Shown here piece by piece: positions 38,149-48,228 of a stretch of 62,316 nucleotides of DNA. The stretch is taken from positions 1 to 62,316 of the forward strand of contig PULQ01000025.1 in NCBI GenBank assembly GCA_003552465.1, in the 5' to 3' direction. Below the pieces are notes generated by a model. The model was given only the letters and a program-made list of their open reading frames with translations, ran no database searches and was not told where the DNA came from. Position 1 is the first letter of the stretch, and each line of letters opens with the position of its first letter. The position numbers and the translations under genes were made by a program. This DNA is from Dehalococcoidia bacterium. Its GTDB lineage: Bacteria > Chloroflexota > Dehalococcoidia > GIF9 > AB-539-J10.

Positions 38149-38216
38149 TGTAACGAACTCAAGAAGGGGGGCGGAGGCAATTCGTGCCGTGCAGGTTGGT
38201 ACTGAAGAAGGTGAAC

Positions 38217-39626
38217 ATGAATAATTGGAGTTCAAGAAGATCGAGACTTGCCATCTGTGGCTTGCTGGTTCTGATGCTACTGATTGCTGTTGCGCCTGCC
38301 GGTCCCGTTATTGGTGATGTGGGTTCGGGTCACGGATTCTACGGCACCGTTAAGCTGGATGGCGAGGATGCTGCCGTAGGCACGGTGGTCAGCGCTCGGG
38401 TGGGCGGAGTTGAGTACGGCAGGGATGAGATTACCGTTGCCGGAGAGTACGGCCTGATAGTCCAGGGTGATATTGACGAGGGCGCTACCATTGAATTCTA
38501 TGTTCCCGGCGGGAAGGCAGATCAGACTCATCCGTTCCATAGCGGCTGGACCACCACACTTGACCTGACGGCGACCACGCCAGCTTACACCCTGACCATG
38601 GTGGCAGACCCTGAGGTCGGTGGCAACGCCAGTGATCTGACTGGTGAGCCGTCTTACGCGGCGGGCAGCGAAGTGGAGATAGAGGCGGCTGCCAGTGAGG
38701 GCTACCGGTTTGCCGAATGGACGTCTCCGGCAGGGGAGTTCGTGGATCGCTTCATGACAGTAACCACCTTCATCATGCCGGCTCAGGATGTGACCGTTAC
38801 CGCCAACTTCGTGGAGGCCTACGCGCTCAATGTGACATGGAGTCCCGAGGAAGGCGGCACGGCGTTTGATGATACCAAGGATGCACCCTACGCGGCAGGC
38901 ACCGCAGTTAACATAACAGCTGTGCCCGAACAGGGATACATGTTCGTGAACTGGACGTCCGATCCGGAGGAGATCATCGACAATGAGTTGGCTGCGCAGA
39001 CCTTCCTGACTATGCCCGCCGGGGACGTGACCGTCACCGCCAGCTTCCAGGTACGGCCCGAGGATCCTACGGTGACTACGGGCGCGGCCACCGACATCAC
39101 GACCCGCGCCGCGGTGATCAGTATGACCTACACCACCGGGAACTACAGCGAGGTAGACGTGAGGTTTGCCATCAAGAAGGCCGTTGACGTAACGTGGGTC
39201 CATTATCCTTGGGTGTCCAGGACGGAGGACGGCACCTATTCCTATGGGGAGACGGAGCTCGCCTCGAATACAGAGTACGAGTTCAAAGCACAGCTCAAGT
39301 ATGATGGTACCGTGATCGAAGGCGAGGTCCGCCGGTTCATTACAGCCAGCCAGGCGGATATCATTTTCCCCCCGTTCTGCTTTATCGCCACCGCAGCCTA
39401 TGGAACTCCGAGCGCTGAGCAGATCGACGTCTTGCGGGAGTTCCGGGATGTCGTCTTGATTCAGAACAGTCTGGGCTTCCGGTTCGTGTCTTTGTACTAT
39501 CAGTTCAGTCCTCCCGTGGCGGAAGTCATATCTGAGAGCAGCCTCTTGAGGACCCTGACCAGGGAGCTCCTGGTTGACCCTGTCGTCTGGATAGTTGAAG
39601 CTACCGGGCACCTATGGCGCAAGTAG
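38217..39626 (+). CDS. CFI-box-CTERM surface protein with two InlB-B-like repeats
   Basis: Signal peptide, HGFYG.V domain, GY.F..WT repeats, CFIATAAYGTP...LREFRD...FV.LYY..SPP. Confidence 0.85.
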   Translation: MNNWSSRRSRLAICGLLVLMLLIAVAPAGPVIGDVGSGHGFYGTVKLDGEDAAVGTVVSARVGGVEYGRDEITVAGEYGLIVQGDIDEGATIEFYVPGGKADQTHPFHSGWTTTLDLTATTPAYTLTMVADPEVGGNASDLTGEPSYAAGSEVEIEAAASEGYRFAEWTSPAGEFVDRFMTVTTFIMPAQDVTVTANFVEAYALNVTWSPEEGGTAFDDTKDAPYAAGTAVNITAVPEQGYMFVNWTSDPEEIIDNELAAQTFLTMPAGDVTVTASFQVRPEDPTVTTGAATDITTRAAVISMTYTTGNYSEVDVRFAIKKAVDVTWVHYPWVSRTEDGTYSYGETELASNTEYEFKAQLKYDGTVIEGEVRRFITASQADIIFPPFCFIATAAYGTPSAEQIDVLREFRDVVLIQNSLGFRFVSLYYQFSPPVAEVISESSLLRTLTRELLVDPVVWIVEATGHLWRK

Positions 39627-39670
39627 GGTCCGTCTTAACAGCGTCGTCAAGCCACCGCCCGGAGGGTTGA

Positions 39671-40384
39671 GTGATGCCGATCGTCAGAGCAAGCTCGAAG
39701 AGACTGAGGCCTGTTGTGGTTGGCCTACTGGTACTGCTGTTGGCCTCCAACCCTACCGGCCTGCTCTACGCTGAGACCTACGATGACCTGGGACATGGCT
39801 TCTACGGCGCGGTCACGGTGAACGGCAGAGATGCCGCCGTCGGCACGGTGATCAGCGCTCGAGTTGCCGGAGTTCAGTCCGGCAACTGGACACTTACCGA
39901 TCCGGGGCAGTATGCCCTGATAGTCCAGGGCGATATCGCGGAGGGGGCCACCATAGATTTCTATGTGGATGATCAGAAGGCCGACCAGACCTTTCCGTTT
40001 CATGATGGATGGACTACTGAGTTGGACCTTACGGCTCCGGCGGCACCCGACGATGATGATGATGATGACTATCCATTACCGACCCGGCCCCCATGGTGGC
40101 CGCCGGAGTTGCCGTATCCCAGCGACTGCTTCATCGCCACCGCAGCCTATGGAACCCCGACCGCCGGGGAGATCGACGTGTTGCGGGAGTTTCGTGATTC
40201 GGTGCTGCTGGAGAGCGCCGCGGGGTCTCAGTTTGTGGCCCTGTACTACCGGCTTGGCCCTCCGGCTGCGGGACTTATCGCACGAAGCGACTTCGTGAGG
40301 ACTCTGGCCAGGGAACTGGTGGTTGAACCGGTCGTCCGAATAGTCCACGCCACCGGCCACCTGTGGCGTAACCAGGCCCGGTAG
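39671..40384 (+). CDS. Minimal CFI-box-CTERM protein (paralogue of upstream gene)
   Basis: Signal peptide, HGFYG.V domain, poly-Asp/Pro linker, CFIATAAYGTP...LREFRD. Confidence 0.85.
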   Translation: MMPIVRASSKRLRPVVVGLLVLLLASNPTGLLYAETYDDLGHGFYGAVTVNGRDAAVGTVISARVAGVQSGNWTLTDPGQYALIVQGDIAEGATIDFYVDDQKADQTFPFHDGWTTELDLTAPAAPDDDDDDDYPLPTRPPWWPPELPYPSDCFIATAAYGTPTAGEIDVLREFRDSVLLESAAGSQFVALYYRLGPPAAGLIARSDFVRTLARELVVEPVVRIVHATGHLWRNQAR

Positions 40385-40473
40385 AAGAATCCGATATGCC
40401 TTCTGGCTCCACCCGTACGCAGGCAAGACGGTCCCGGTTGTGCTAGAATTGCGCGGGAGGATCGCGGGTAATT

Positions 40474-41337
40474 TTGCAATTGACCGGCACACTGAGCACC
40501 GACATCGACACCTTTCTGCACTACCTTGCGCAGGATAAGGGCTATTCTCAGAACACACTGGCTGCCTACCGCAACGACCTGGCCCAGATGGCGGCCTTCA
40601 TCGCCGCAGAGCAGGCAAAAGAAACAGCCTCGTCCTATGACGAGCTGCTCAAGGGTTACCTGCTAAAGCTCAGGGAGAAGCGATACTCTGCAGCAACAAC
40701 AGCACGCAAGATAGCATCGGCCAGGTCCTTCTTCCGCTTCATGGCCGATTCGGGCAGGTTGGACGGGAATCCGACCCGGGATCTGCCCTCTCCACACGTT
40801 GGCAGGCATTCACTCAAGTTCCTCTCCATGTCGGAGTTCAAGAAGCTGGTTGCCGAGGCGGCGAAGCTGAGCACTCCCGAGGCTAAGCGGGATGTGATGA
40901 TGCTCGAACTGCTTTATGGAACGGGTCTGCGCATCAGCGAACTGGTGTCGCTTGATGTCGGAGACATCGATACCGGGCGGCGACGCGTGAATGTCGGCTC
41001 CAGCAGGCAGGTGCCTATCGACGCCGGACTCGCTTCGCTTCTCGCCGCTTTTCTGAGGAGCGATCGACTGGACCTTCTATACGATGATGGCGAACAGGCT
41101 GTCTTTCTCAACCGGCGCGGCAGGAGGCTGACACGACAGGGGCTATGGCAGATCATCAAGGAGCATGCTTTCCGGGCGGGCCTGGATGACAGGGTCACTC
41201 CCCAGCCCCTGCGCCATAGCTTCGCAAGACACAGACTGCAGAACGGCACGGACCTCCGTGAACTGCAGCAACTCCTCGGTCATGCGTACATATCGAGCAC
41301 AAGGATCTACAGGCAACCACCAACAAGGCAGGGATAA
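40474..41337 (+). CDS. XerD-like tyrosine recombinase (divergent HxxR motif)
   Basis: NTLAAYRNDL, LLYGTGLRISEL, RLTRQG.W.IIK, TPQPLRHSFA, LLGH..ISST.IY. Confidence 0.85.
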   Translation: MQLTGTLSTDIDTFLHYLAQDKGYSQNTLAAYRNDLAQMAAFIAAEQAKETASSYDELLKGYLLKLREKRYSAATTARKIASARSFFRFMADSGRLDGNPTRDLPSPHVGRHSLKFLSMSEFKKLVAEAAKLSTPEAKRDVMMLELLYGTGLRISELVSLDVGDIDTGRRRVNVGSSRQVPIDAGLASLLAAFLRSDRLDLLYDDGEQAVFLNRRGRRLTRQGLWQIIKEHAFRAGLDDRVTPQPLRHSFARHRLQNGTDLRELQQLLGHAYISSTRIYRQPPTRQG

Positions 41338-41585
41338 TGGCGAAGAAAAAACGACGTACAAGATCTACCAGGCAGCAGTCGCGAACGGCCAGGCCGCTGC
41401 AGGAAAGAGTCGATCGCCAGGTGGCGACTACGTCCCCCGGGCGACAGCAGCCGCCCCGTGTGATGCCCGGAACTCAGGACCGGGCGGCGCGCTATGAACA
41501 CATTGTTCCCGAGCTGAAACGCATCGGGATCATCGCCGGCGTCATGGTGCTCGTCCTGATAATACTGGCAGTTGCTCTCGTCTAG
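41337..41585 (+). CDS. Small basic protein with C-terminal TM helix
   Basis: Overlaps the xer stop (TAATG). Lys/Arg-rich N-terminus, ELKRIGIIAG-TM. Confidence 0.7.
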   Translation: MAKKKRRTRSTRQQSRTARPLQERVDRQVATTSPGRQQPPRVMPGTQDRAARYEHIVPELKRIGIIAGVMVLVLIILAVALV

Positions 41586-41593
41586 CGCCCCCG

Positions 41594-42238
41594 GTGAAAG
41601 CGGTGGATTTGGAGCGGGCTCGAGATAGCTTGATCAGGTCGCTCGACCACGAGATCGCGGACAAGCGTGTGGTAGAGGCGATGAAGCGCGTTCCCCGCGA
41701 AGCGTTCGTGCCACCCGAACTGCGTGCCGTGGCCTATGAGGACCGACCGCTCGGCATCGGTTTCGGACAGACCATCTCCCAGCCGTTCATAGTCGCCATT
41801 ATGATACAGGCCCTTGAACTGCAGGGCGACGACAAAGTGCTGGAGGTGGGGACCGGCAGCGGGTACGTTGCCGCGATTCTGGCCGGGATAGCCCGGAAGG
41901 TGGTCACGGTGGAGTGCATTCCTCAGCTGGCCGACTCTGCCCGGCTTGCTCTCGACAGGCTGGGCTACGACAATGTCGAGACGCATGTCGCCGGGGGTGT
42001 GCTCGGCTGGCCGGCGGAGGCCCCTTACGATGCGATCATCGTTTCTGCCGGCGCACCCTCTGTGCCCGAGACCATCGTCGATCAGCTCGCCTGGAACGGT
42101 AGGCTGGTCATCCCCGTCGGCTCCCGGTGGCAGCAGGAATTACTCAAGGTGACCAAGCTGAGAACGGGCAACCGCGTGGAGAATCTCGGAGGCTGCTACT
42201 TCGTGCCGCTCGTCGGCGAAGGCGCCTGGGAGGAGTGA
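41594..42238 (+). CDS. pcm: Protein-L-isoaspartate O-methyltransferase
   Basis: VPRE.FVP, AYED.PL.IG.GQTISQP, VLEVGTGSGY, APYDAI.V.A. Confidence 0.95.
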   Translation: MKAVDLERARDSLIRSLDHEIADKRVVEAMKRVPREAFVPPELRAVAYEDRPLGIGFGQTISQPFIVAIMIQALELQGDDKVLEVGTGSGYVAAILAGIARKVVTVECIPQLADSARLALDRLGYDNVETHVAGGVLGWPAEAPYDAIIVSAGAPSVPETIVDQLAWNGRLVIPVGSRWQQELLKVTKLRTGNRVENLGGCYFVPLVGEGAWEE

Positions 42239-42240
42239 CG

Positions 42241-42280
42241 GGATCGCCGCGTCCCTCCTCTGTCGGGACTCGCGATGACG
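42241..42280. repeat. TGTC/CGTC-type palindromic half-element
   Basis: GGATCGCCGCGTCCC...GGGACTCGCGATGACG. Confidence 0.65.
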
Positions 42281-42368
42281 ATCCTTGCCTGTCATTTGAC
42301 GGAGGGCGTCGAGTTGGCATACCATAATGGGGTTTCTGCACTACCAAGACTCGGGAGGAAAGTCGGCA

Positions 42369-44189
42369 ATGGAGAAGACGAGGACTTCTGTCACATACCA
42401 CACGGCCAGGGCGTTCGCGGTCGTGCTCGCGGTGGCCCTTATCGCAGCGCTCGCCGGGTGGAGCTGCGGTCCGGGCGGCCGTTACGAACTCAGGATCGAC
42501 AGCACCGAAGGTGGGTCGGTAACTATCCCCGGTGAAGGTATATCCAGTCACTCACACGGGTCGGAGGTCGACCTGGTCGCCACGCCTGATGAAGGGTACC
42601 GGTTTGCGGGCTGGATCGGCGACATCGACACCATCGGCGATGTCGCTGTGCCGGAAACCACCATCCTCGTGGACGAGCACTATGCGATCAGGGCCAGCTT
42701 CGAGCCGGCGTTCCGGCTTACCGTATCCAGCACGTCCGGAGGTTCGGTGACCGTCCCCGGCGAAGGGAGCTTCGACTACGACGAAGCAGTGACGGTCGAC
42801 CTTGTGGCTACTCCCGATGATCTTCATCGGTTTGCCGGGTGGACTGGCGATGTCGAAACGGTCGGCGATGTCGCTGCACCGGAAACGACCATTCTTGTGC
42901 ACGGGCACCATTCCATCTCGGCCAGCTTCGAGCCGCTGGTCAGCCTCACTGTTTCCAGCACCGCCGGAGGCTCGGTGATCGGGCCCGGCGCGGGCACTTT
43001 CCACTACGAGGCGGGAGATGTGGTCGATCTGGAGGTGTCCGCGGCCACAGGCTACCTGTTCTCCGGCTGGACCGGCGATGTGGATTCCATAGCCGATGTC
43101 CGCTCCCCCTCGACCACCATGGTCATGAACGGCGACTCCGTTATCGAGGCCGGGTTCGAGCCGTACTGGATCGAGATATGGGACTGGTATGACCTGGATG
43201 CCATCAGGGACGACCTGGATGAGAGCTATCTCCTGATGATCGACCTCGATGCCGGCACCCCGGGCTACGAGGAACTTGCGGGGCCGAATGCCCACGGCGG
43301 CAAAGGGTGGCGGCCGATCGCCGACGGATACTGGAACCATCCTGAATGGATCGGGGAGGTGTTCGTCGGCAACTTCCACGGCCAGGGTTATGAGATCATG
43401 GATCTGCATATAAATCGAACTCAGAGCGGCGTGGGGCTGTTTAGCTATATCGGTAGTGGAGGAGTCGTTGAGTCTGTGGGCATAGTCTACGCCGATGTAA
43501 CCGGCTCTCCGTTCGTGGGCATCCTGGCGGGCTTCAGCCGCGGAGGCACGGTGAACGACTGCTACTCGAGCGGGAGTGTGCGTGGCAGTCTCGATGTGGG
43601 CGGCCTCGTGGGATGGAACTGGGAGGGCGGCACGATTGCAAACTGCTATTCGACTGCTACCGTACACTCCGATAACATGGCCGGCGGCCTGGTGGGCTGG
43701 AACTCACACATCCTGAAGAGTTCTTACTCCACGGGCAGCGTGAGCGGGGGTGAAAATGTCGGCGGTCTGGTCGGCGGTAACGGACACGGGGGCACGATAA
43801 GCGACTGCTATTCCACCGCCGATGTCTGTGGCCGGAGATTCGTGGGCGGTCTGTTGGGATACAACGACGAAGCGACTGTGATCGGTTGCTATGCCGTTGG
43901 CAGCGTCACCGGGTTTCGCGATTATGGCGGCCTGGTGGGCAAGTCCCGCCTGGCCACCGTCAGCGATTCCTTCTGGGACGTCGAGTCCTCTGGGGTATCT
44001 GTCAGCGATGGCGGTACCGGCAGGACCACCGCGCAGATGATGTCCATCGTCACCTATACGGACACGAATGCGGGGGGGCTGGACGCGGCCTGGGACATAG
44101 CCACGATCGCCCCGGGTCAAACGGACGATACCCGCACGTGGAACATCGTCGAGGGACAGACCTATCCCTTCCTGAGTTGGGAGGGATAA
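42369..44189 (+). CDS. Surface (possible lipo)protein with three InlB-B-like repeats and GLUG repeats
   Basis: Hydrophobic leader ending WSC, ST.GGSV..PG.G...WTGD repeats, repeated VGGLVG.N motifs, C-terminal TYPFL.W. Confidence 0.85.
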   Translation: MEKTRTSVTYHTARAFAVVLAVALIAALAGWSCGPGGRYELRIDSTEGGSVTIPGEGISSHSHGSEVDLVATPDEGYRFAGWIGDIDTIGDVAVPETTILVDEHYAIRASFEPAFRLTVSSTSGGSVTVPGEGSFDYDEAVTVDLVATPDDLHRFAGWTGDVETVGDVAAPETTILVHGHHSISASFEPLVSLTVSSTAGGSVIGPGAGTFHYEAGDVVDLEVSAATGYLFSGWTGDVDSIADVRSPSTTMVMNGDSVIEAGFEPYWIEIWDWYDLDAIRDDLDESYLLMIDLDAGTPGYEELAGPNAHGGKGWRPIADGYWNHPEWIGEVFVGNFHGQGYEIMDLHINRTQSGVGLFSYIGSGGVVESVGIVYADVTGSPFVGILAGFSRGGTVNDCYSSGSVRGSLDVGGLVGWNWEGGTIANCYSTATVHSDNMAGGLVGWNSHILKSSYSTGSVSGGENVGGLVGGNGHGGTISDCYSTADVCGRRFVGGLLGYNDEATVIGCYAVGSVTGFRDYGGLVGKSRLATVSDSFWDVESSGVSVSDGGTGRTTAQMMSIVTYTDTNAGGLDAAWDIATIAPGQTDDTRTWNIVEGQTYPFLSWEG

Positions 44190-44217
44190 CCGGATACACA
44201 CAGGAGGGCATGCAGCC

Positions 44218-44907
44218 ATGGAGATCGTTGAAGCAATCCGTGAACGGAAGAGCATCCGGGCGTTCAAGCCGGACCCCGTGCCGAAGAGGGCGCTCGGGGA
44301 GCTGCTGGAGCTTGCTCTGCGGGCTCCTTCGTTTGCCAACACGCAGCCCTGGGAGTTCGCCGTTGTGGCTGGCGACAAGCTGGAGAAGATAAAGCAGGCT
44401 TATGCGGACAACGCGGAGGCGGGGGTGGCCGGCGTCGCGGACATTCCCTATCCCGGGGAGTTCCCTGAACTCTACGATAGCCGCCGGCGCGCTGTCGGCA
44501 AGAAGGTCTTTGAACTGAAGGGTATAGGCAGGGAGGACAGGGACAAGAGGAAGGGGTGGCAGCTCCAGGGACTTAGGCTATTCGGGGCACCGTGCGTCAT
44601 CTACGTTCTCACCGACCGCTCGTTCTGTCTGCCGCCCGGCGGGGCCAATCCCTGGCCGGTATTCGACTGCGGCCTGGTGGCCGCGAACATCATGCTGCTT
44701 GCGCCCCGCTACGAGCTGGGTACCATCGCACAGATACAGGCCGTTGCCTACCCCGGAGTGCTCAGGGAGACGCTGGGCATCCCCGAGTCAAAGCTCCTGT
44801 TGCTGGGCATAGCCATCGGCTATCCCGATTGGGACGATCCTATCAACGGCCTCCGCTCCGAGCGAGACCCTCTCGACCGGGTCAGCACATGGCACGGCCG
44901 GGAATAG
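44218..44907 (+). CDS. Nitroreductase family protein
   Basis: AIRERKSIRAFK, RAPSFANTQPW, FGAP, IAIGYPD. Confidence 0.92.
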   Translation: MEIVEAIRERKSIRAFKPDPVPKRALGELLELALRAPSFANTQPWEFAVVAGDKLEKIKQAYADNAEAGVAGVADIPYPGEFPELYDSRRRAVGKKVFELKGIGREDRDKRKGWQLQGLRLFGAPCVIYVLTDRSFCLPPGGANPWPVFDCGLVAANIMLLAPRYELGTIAQIQAVAYPGVLRETLGIPESKLLLLGIAIGYPDWDDPINGLRSERDPLDRVSTWHGRE

Positions 44908-44913
44908 ATAATG

Positions 44914-44987
44914 TGCCCCCAAGGGGATTCGAACCCCTGATCTTCAGCTTGAAAGGCTGATGTCCTAGGCCTCTAGACGATGGGGGC
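44914..44987 (-). tRNA. tRNA-Glu(TTC)
   Basis: GCCCCCA...TCAGC-CTTTCAA-GCTGA...GGTTCGAATCC...TGGGGGC-A. Upstream TTGCAC-17-TAAAAT. Confidence 0.97.
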
Positions 44988-45100
44988 AACGCCACGCATT
45001 TTACGGGTAAACGGCCGATTGTGCAAGTCGGCGGTGCAGGCCAGCAGACAGGTATTGAGTAACAGCCCTGTGCTCCGTTCTAACCCGCGGTGGCACCGGC

Positions 45101-47221
45101 TTACGGGTCACGGAGGACGTTCACGCCCCGGTTCTCGAGCTGAGGGATGTATATCCCCCGGGAGTCGGCACTCAGCGGATTGCCCCGCAGGTCGATCCCA
45201 TCTCCTTGATCAAGCCCTTCGTTCTGCACCAGCGGCTGGATATTGGCAATCTGATTGTTGCTCAGGCCGAGGCAGATCATCGTATCCTCCCTCTCCTCCA
45301 GCCACCACTCTGGTAACCCTTCCACATCGCCGAGCCTGGCCATGCCGGAAAGCGGCGATATGTCGACGATATCGTTGTCATCCAGCCACAGGGCCCTCAT
45401 GTCGGTGAGCGCGGACAGCGCGCCGATGTCGGCTATCCGGTTGCGGTCCAGCGAGAGCCGCTGTAATCCGGTGAGGTCGGACAGCACGGATATGTCGGCT
45501 ATGTTGTTTCCCCCGAGGCCCAGTTGTTTCAGGCCGGTCAGTTTGGCAAGCGGGCCAGGATCGCTTATCTCGTTCTCGCCCAGGGATAGGATCTCCAGGC
45601 CGGTCAGGTCTTCGAGGGGCCATATATCGCTCACCAGGTTGTCGGCCATGGACAGCACCCGGAGGTCGGAGAGGTCTTCCAGGTGGGATATGTCCTGTAT
45701 CCGGTTCTCACTGATGCGCAGTTCTTTGAGGCCGACGAGACCGGAGAGGTGCGATATGTCGTCGATGTCGTTTCTCCAGATGCCGAGCACCTCCAGGCCG
45801 GTGCGGTTGGCGAGGGGCGAGATATCGCTGATCTCGTTACCGCCGACATCGAGGTGGGTCAGGTTGCGGAGGCCGTCCAGGGGCGAGATGTCGCTGATCC
45901 GGTTGTTGAAGATGCGGAGTTCAGTCAGGTCGGTCAGTCCGGCCAGGGGAGAGATATCGTTGATCTGGTTGTTCGAGAGGCGGAGGTCAGTCAGGTTGGT
46001 GAGATCCTGAAGATGCAATACATCCGTTATCTTGTTATCGGCAAGGGTCAGCGTCTTCAGCGCAGTCAGGTCCTTCAGGGGTGATATGCTGGAAATCTGG
46101 TTGTTCGAGAGGCGGAGTTCAGTCAGGCCGGAGAGGTACTTGAGGTCCGAAAAATCCTCGATGTTGTTGTCGGACAGGGTTAGCGTTTCCAGCGCGATCA
46201 TGCCGGCCAGGGGCGATACATCGCTGATCTCATTCTCGCCCATGGAGAGTATAGTGAGGTCGGTGAGTTCCTCGAGGTCCGTTACATCTGCTATCTCGTT
46301 GCTCCAGAGGCCGAGCACCTGCAGGTTGGTAAGCCCGCGCAGGGGCGTTAGATCGGCCACCCGGTTACTCTCCAGGCCCAGCCACCTCAGGCCGGTCAGG
46401 TGGGAAAGATCGGTTATCCCGCTCACATCGTTGTCGGCCAGGGACAGCACGGTCAGGTTGGTGAGCAGGGAGAGGCCTGACGGGTCTGTGATCTGATTCC
46501 CGGAGAGGTCCAGCACCTGTAGGGCGGTAAGGCCGGACAGGGCTGAAACATCTTCGATCTGGTTGTTCCAGAGGCCGAGCCATACGATATTGCTAAGGCC
46601 GGACACGCCCGATAGATTGCTTATCTGGTTGCCTCCCAGGGACAGTTAAACCAGTCCCGTGAGGCTGCCGATCTCGACGATGTCCTGTATCCGGTTGTCC
46701 TCGAGGCCCAGCATGTTCAGGTCCGTAAGGGTACCCAGCGGGGCTATGCTTTCTATCTCGTTGAAGTCAAGGTACAGTTCCTTCAGGCTGGGGAGACCGT
46801 TCAGGACGTCCGCGAACGGCCACAGGTCGCTTATTCCGTTTGCCGACAGACTGAGGGCCTCAAGATTGCGCATGTCGGCGAGCGGCGTTATGTCGGTAAT
46901 CAGGTTACGGCCGAGGTCCAGCTCCTTCAGTCCGGTGAAATGCTCGAGTCCGGTTAGATCCCGGATTCGCCCTTCGCCGCGGTCCTCAGCAGTTCCGTGC
47001 CAGAACAGGCTGAGTTCGGTAAGCCGGCGGAGTTCGGTATCATAGATGTCTCCCTGGGGCTTCCCCAGGACCTCCCTGATGGCGGCTTCCAGGTACGGGT
47101 CGGGAAAGGTCACAACCTGGGGGTCCTGGCATCCGGCCGATGTGAGGGCGGCAACCAGAGCCAGGGCCAGTATCAGCCTGGCTGCCACCGGCGCCCATCT
47201 TCGTCCTCTGAGCTTGTTCAT
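45101..47221 (-). pseudogene. Internalin-like LRR lipoprotein interrupted by one in-frame TAA
   Basis: ORFs 46646-47221 and 45101-46606 share a frame and read LTGLV*LSLGGNQI across TAA 46646-46648. Lipobox-like TSAGC, many 22-aa LxxLxLxxNxIxDIxPL repeats. Confidence 0.75.
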
Positions 47222-47327
47222 CGCTCGCTGCCCTCAGGCTGAATGTGTCGGGTTTATGCCCGGTAGGCGTGTCACTCTTAACAATGCTAACGGTTTTCCC
47301 CGCATTTTTCAAATCGGCTCCAGCCAA

Positions 47328-47630
47328 GATCGCCACGACCCGATGAAACCGGGACGATGAAGCAATCTGGTCGTGGGGCGACGAGAGCGCCACGTCCCCT
47401 CTCCGTCGGTGCTCGCGATGACATTGCGGGACGGGCCTGCGCGTCCCTGAAGGGTCGCACTACATGGATATCTGACTGCTGATCGCTGATCGGTCACTGC
47501 TGACCGCTGACCGCCATTTCACCCTTCGTCTTTGCGAGTAGTCCCGACGTGTCGGGACGACCAAGCAATCTAGGGGTAGTGGGGTAGCAGCTGACGGCTG
47601 ATGGCTCTTCGCCGACCGCCGACTGCCGAA
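47328..47630. repeat. Repeat mosaic: TGTC-type palindromes, GTAG REP (47440-47463), CTGA(C/T)NG heptamer runs
   Basis: CCCGATGAAACCGGG, TCGCGATGACA, GTCCCGACGTGTCGGGAC, CTGACTG-CTGATCG-CTGATCG...CTGACCG-CTGACCG. Confidence 0.7.
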
Positions 47631-47635
47631 ACAGG

Positions 47636-47662
47636 AAAGGGGGGAGCCCGCAGGCTCCCCCC
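47636..47662 (-). terminator. Intrinsic terminator-like hairpin after 47709 gene
   Basis: GGGGGGAGCC-4 nt-GGCTCCCCCC followed by TTT on the minus strand. Confidence 0.6.
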
Positions 47663-47708
47663 TGTGTTTGGCAACCGAGCAAAAGATCCTAGGCTGCTGT
47701 GTTGGTCA

Positions 47709-48113
47709 TCACTCGAAGTCTCGGAAGAGTCCTGCAAACGAGACCAGCAGGTCGCCGACCGCCTGCAGGATTCCCTCGAATCCGATTAACTCGCTGAGCT
47801 CGGGGAGCAGTTCGCCGACCCCTTCCAGGATCACAGCGACACCCTCCATGGCAACAACGCCCAGCTCGTCGGACCACCCTCCCAGGTTACAGGCCAGCAT
47901 GCCCGTGGTCTGGGCAACGGCGGTCCCCATTATGTCCGTGGCAGCAAGGGTTGTCCACACCATAGCCCCGGCAAGCGAGCGTGTCGTCTTGTCGGGTAAC
48001 TCCGGGCAGTCCGGTGGTGTGTATGTACAGCGGTCATCTGCTCCCACGGCCACGGGCACCATGAAGGTGACCAGCAGCGCAAGAACCACCCCCATACTGA
48101 TTAACTTTTTCAC
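47709..48113 (-). CDS. Small secreted hypothetical protein
   Basis: RBS AAGGAGG before GTG, signal peptide, Cys/Pro segment, then Gly/Leu/Glu amphipathic helices. Confidence 0.75.
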   Translation of the reverse strand: MKKLISMGVVLALLVTFMVPVAVGADDRCTYTPPDCPELPDKTTRSLAGAMVWTTLAATDIMGTAVAQTTGMLACNLGGWSDELGVVAMEGVAVILEGVGELLPELSELIGFEGILQAVGDLLVSFAGLFRDFE

Positions 48114-48228
48114 CAGAACCTCCTTCATGGGCTTCTCACCCATCTTATTTCGTTTGCTCTGCGTGCTATCCGCATTTCTTTACGTTCCTTCTCCATGTCG
48201 GGGCAGACATACATCCGTACACACCTGG

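Noticed and set aside
46646-46648. Selenocysteine or pyrrolysine recoding of the LRR stop
   Set aside because: The codon is TAA, not TGA or TAG.
40474-47221. Integrative element between the Xer-like gene and tRNA-Glu
   Set aside because: No duplicated tRNA 3' end was found, and the intervening genes (pcm, nitroreductase) are housekeeping-like.
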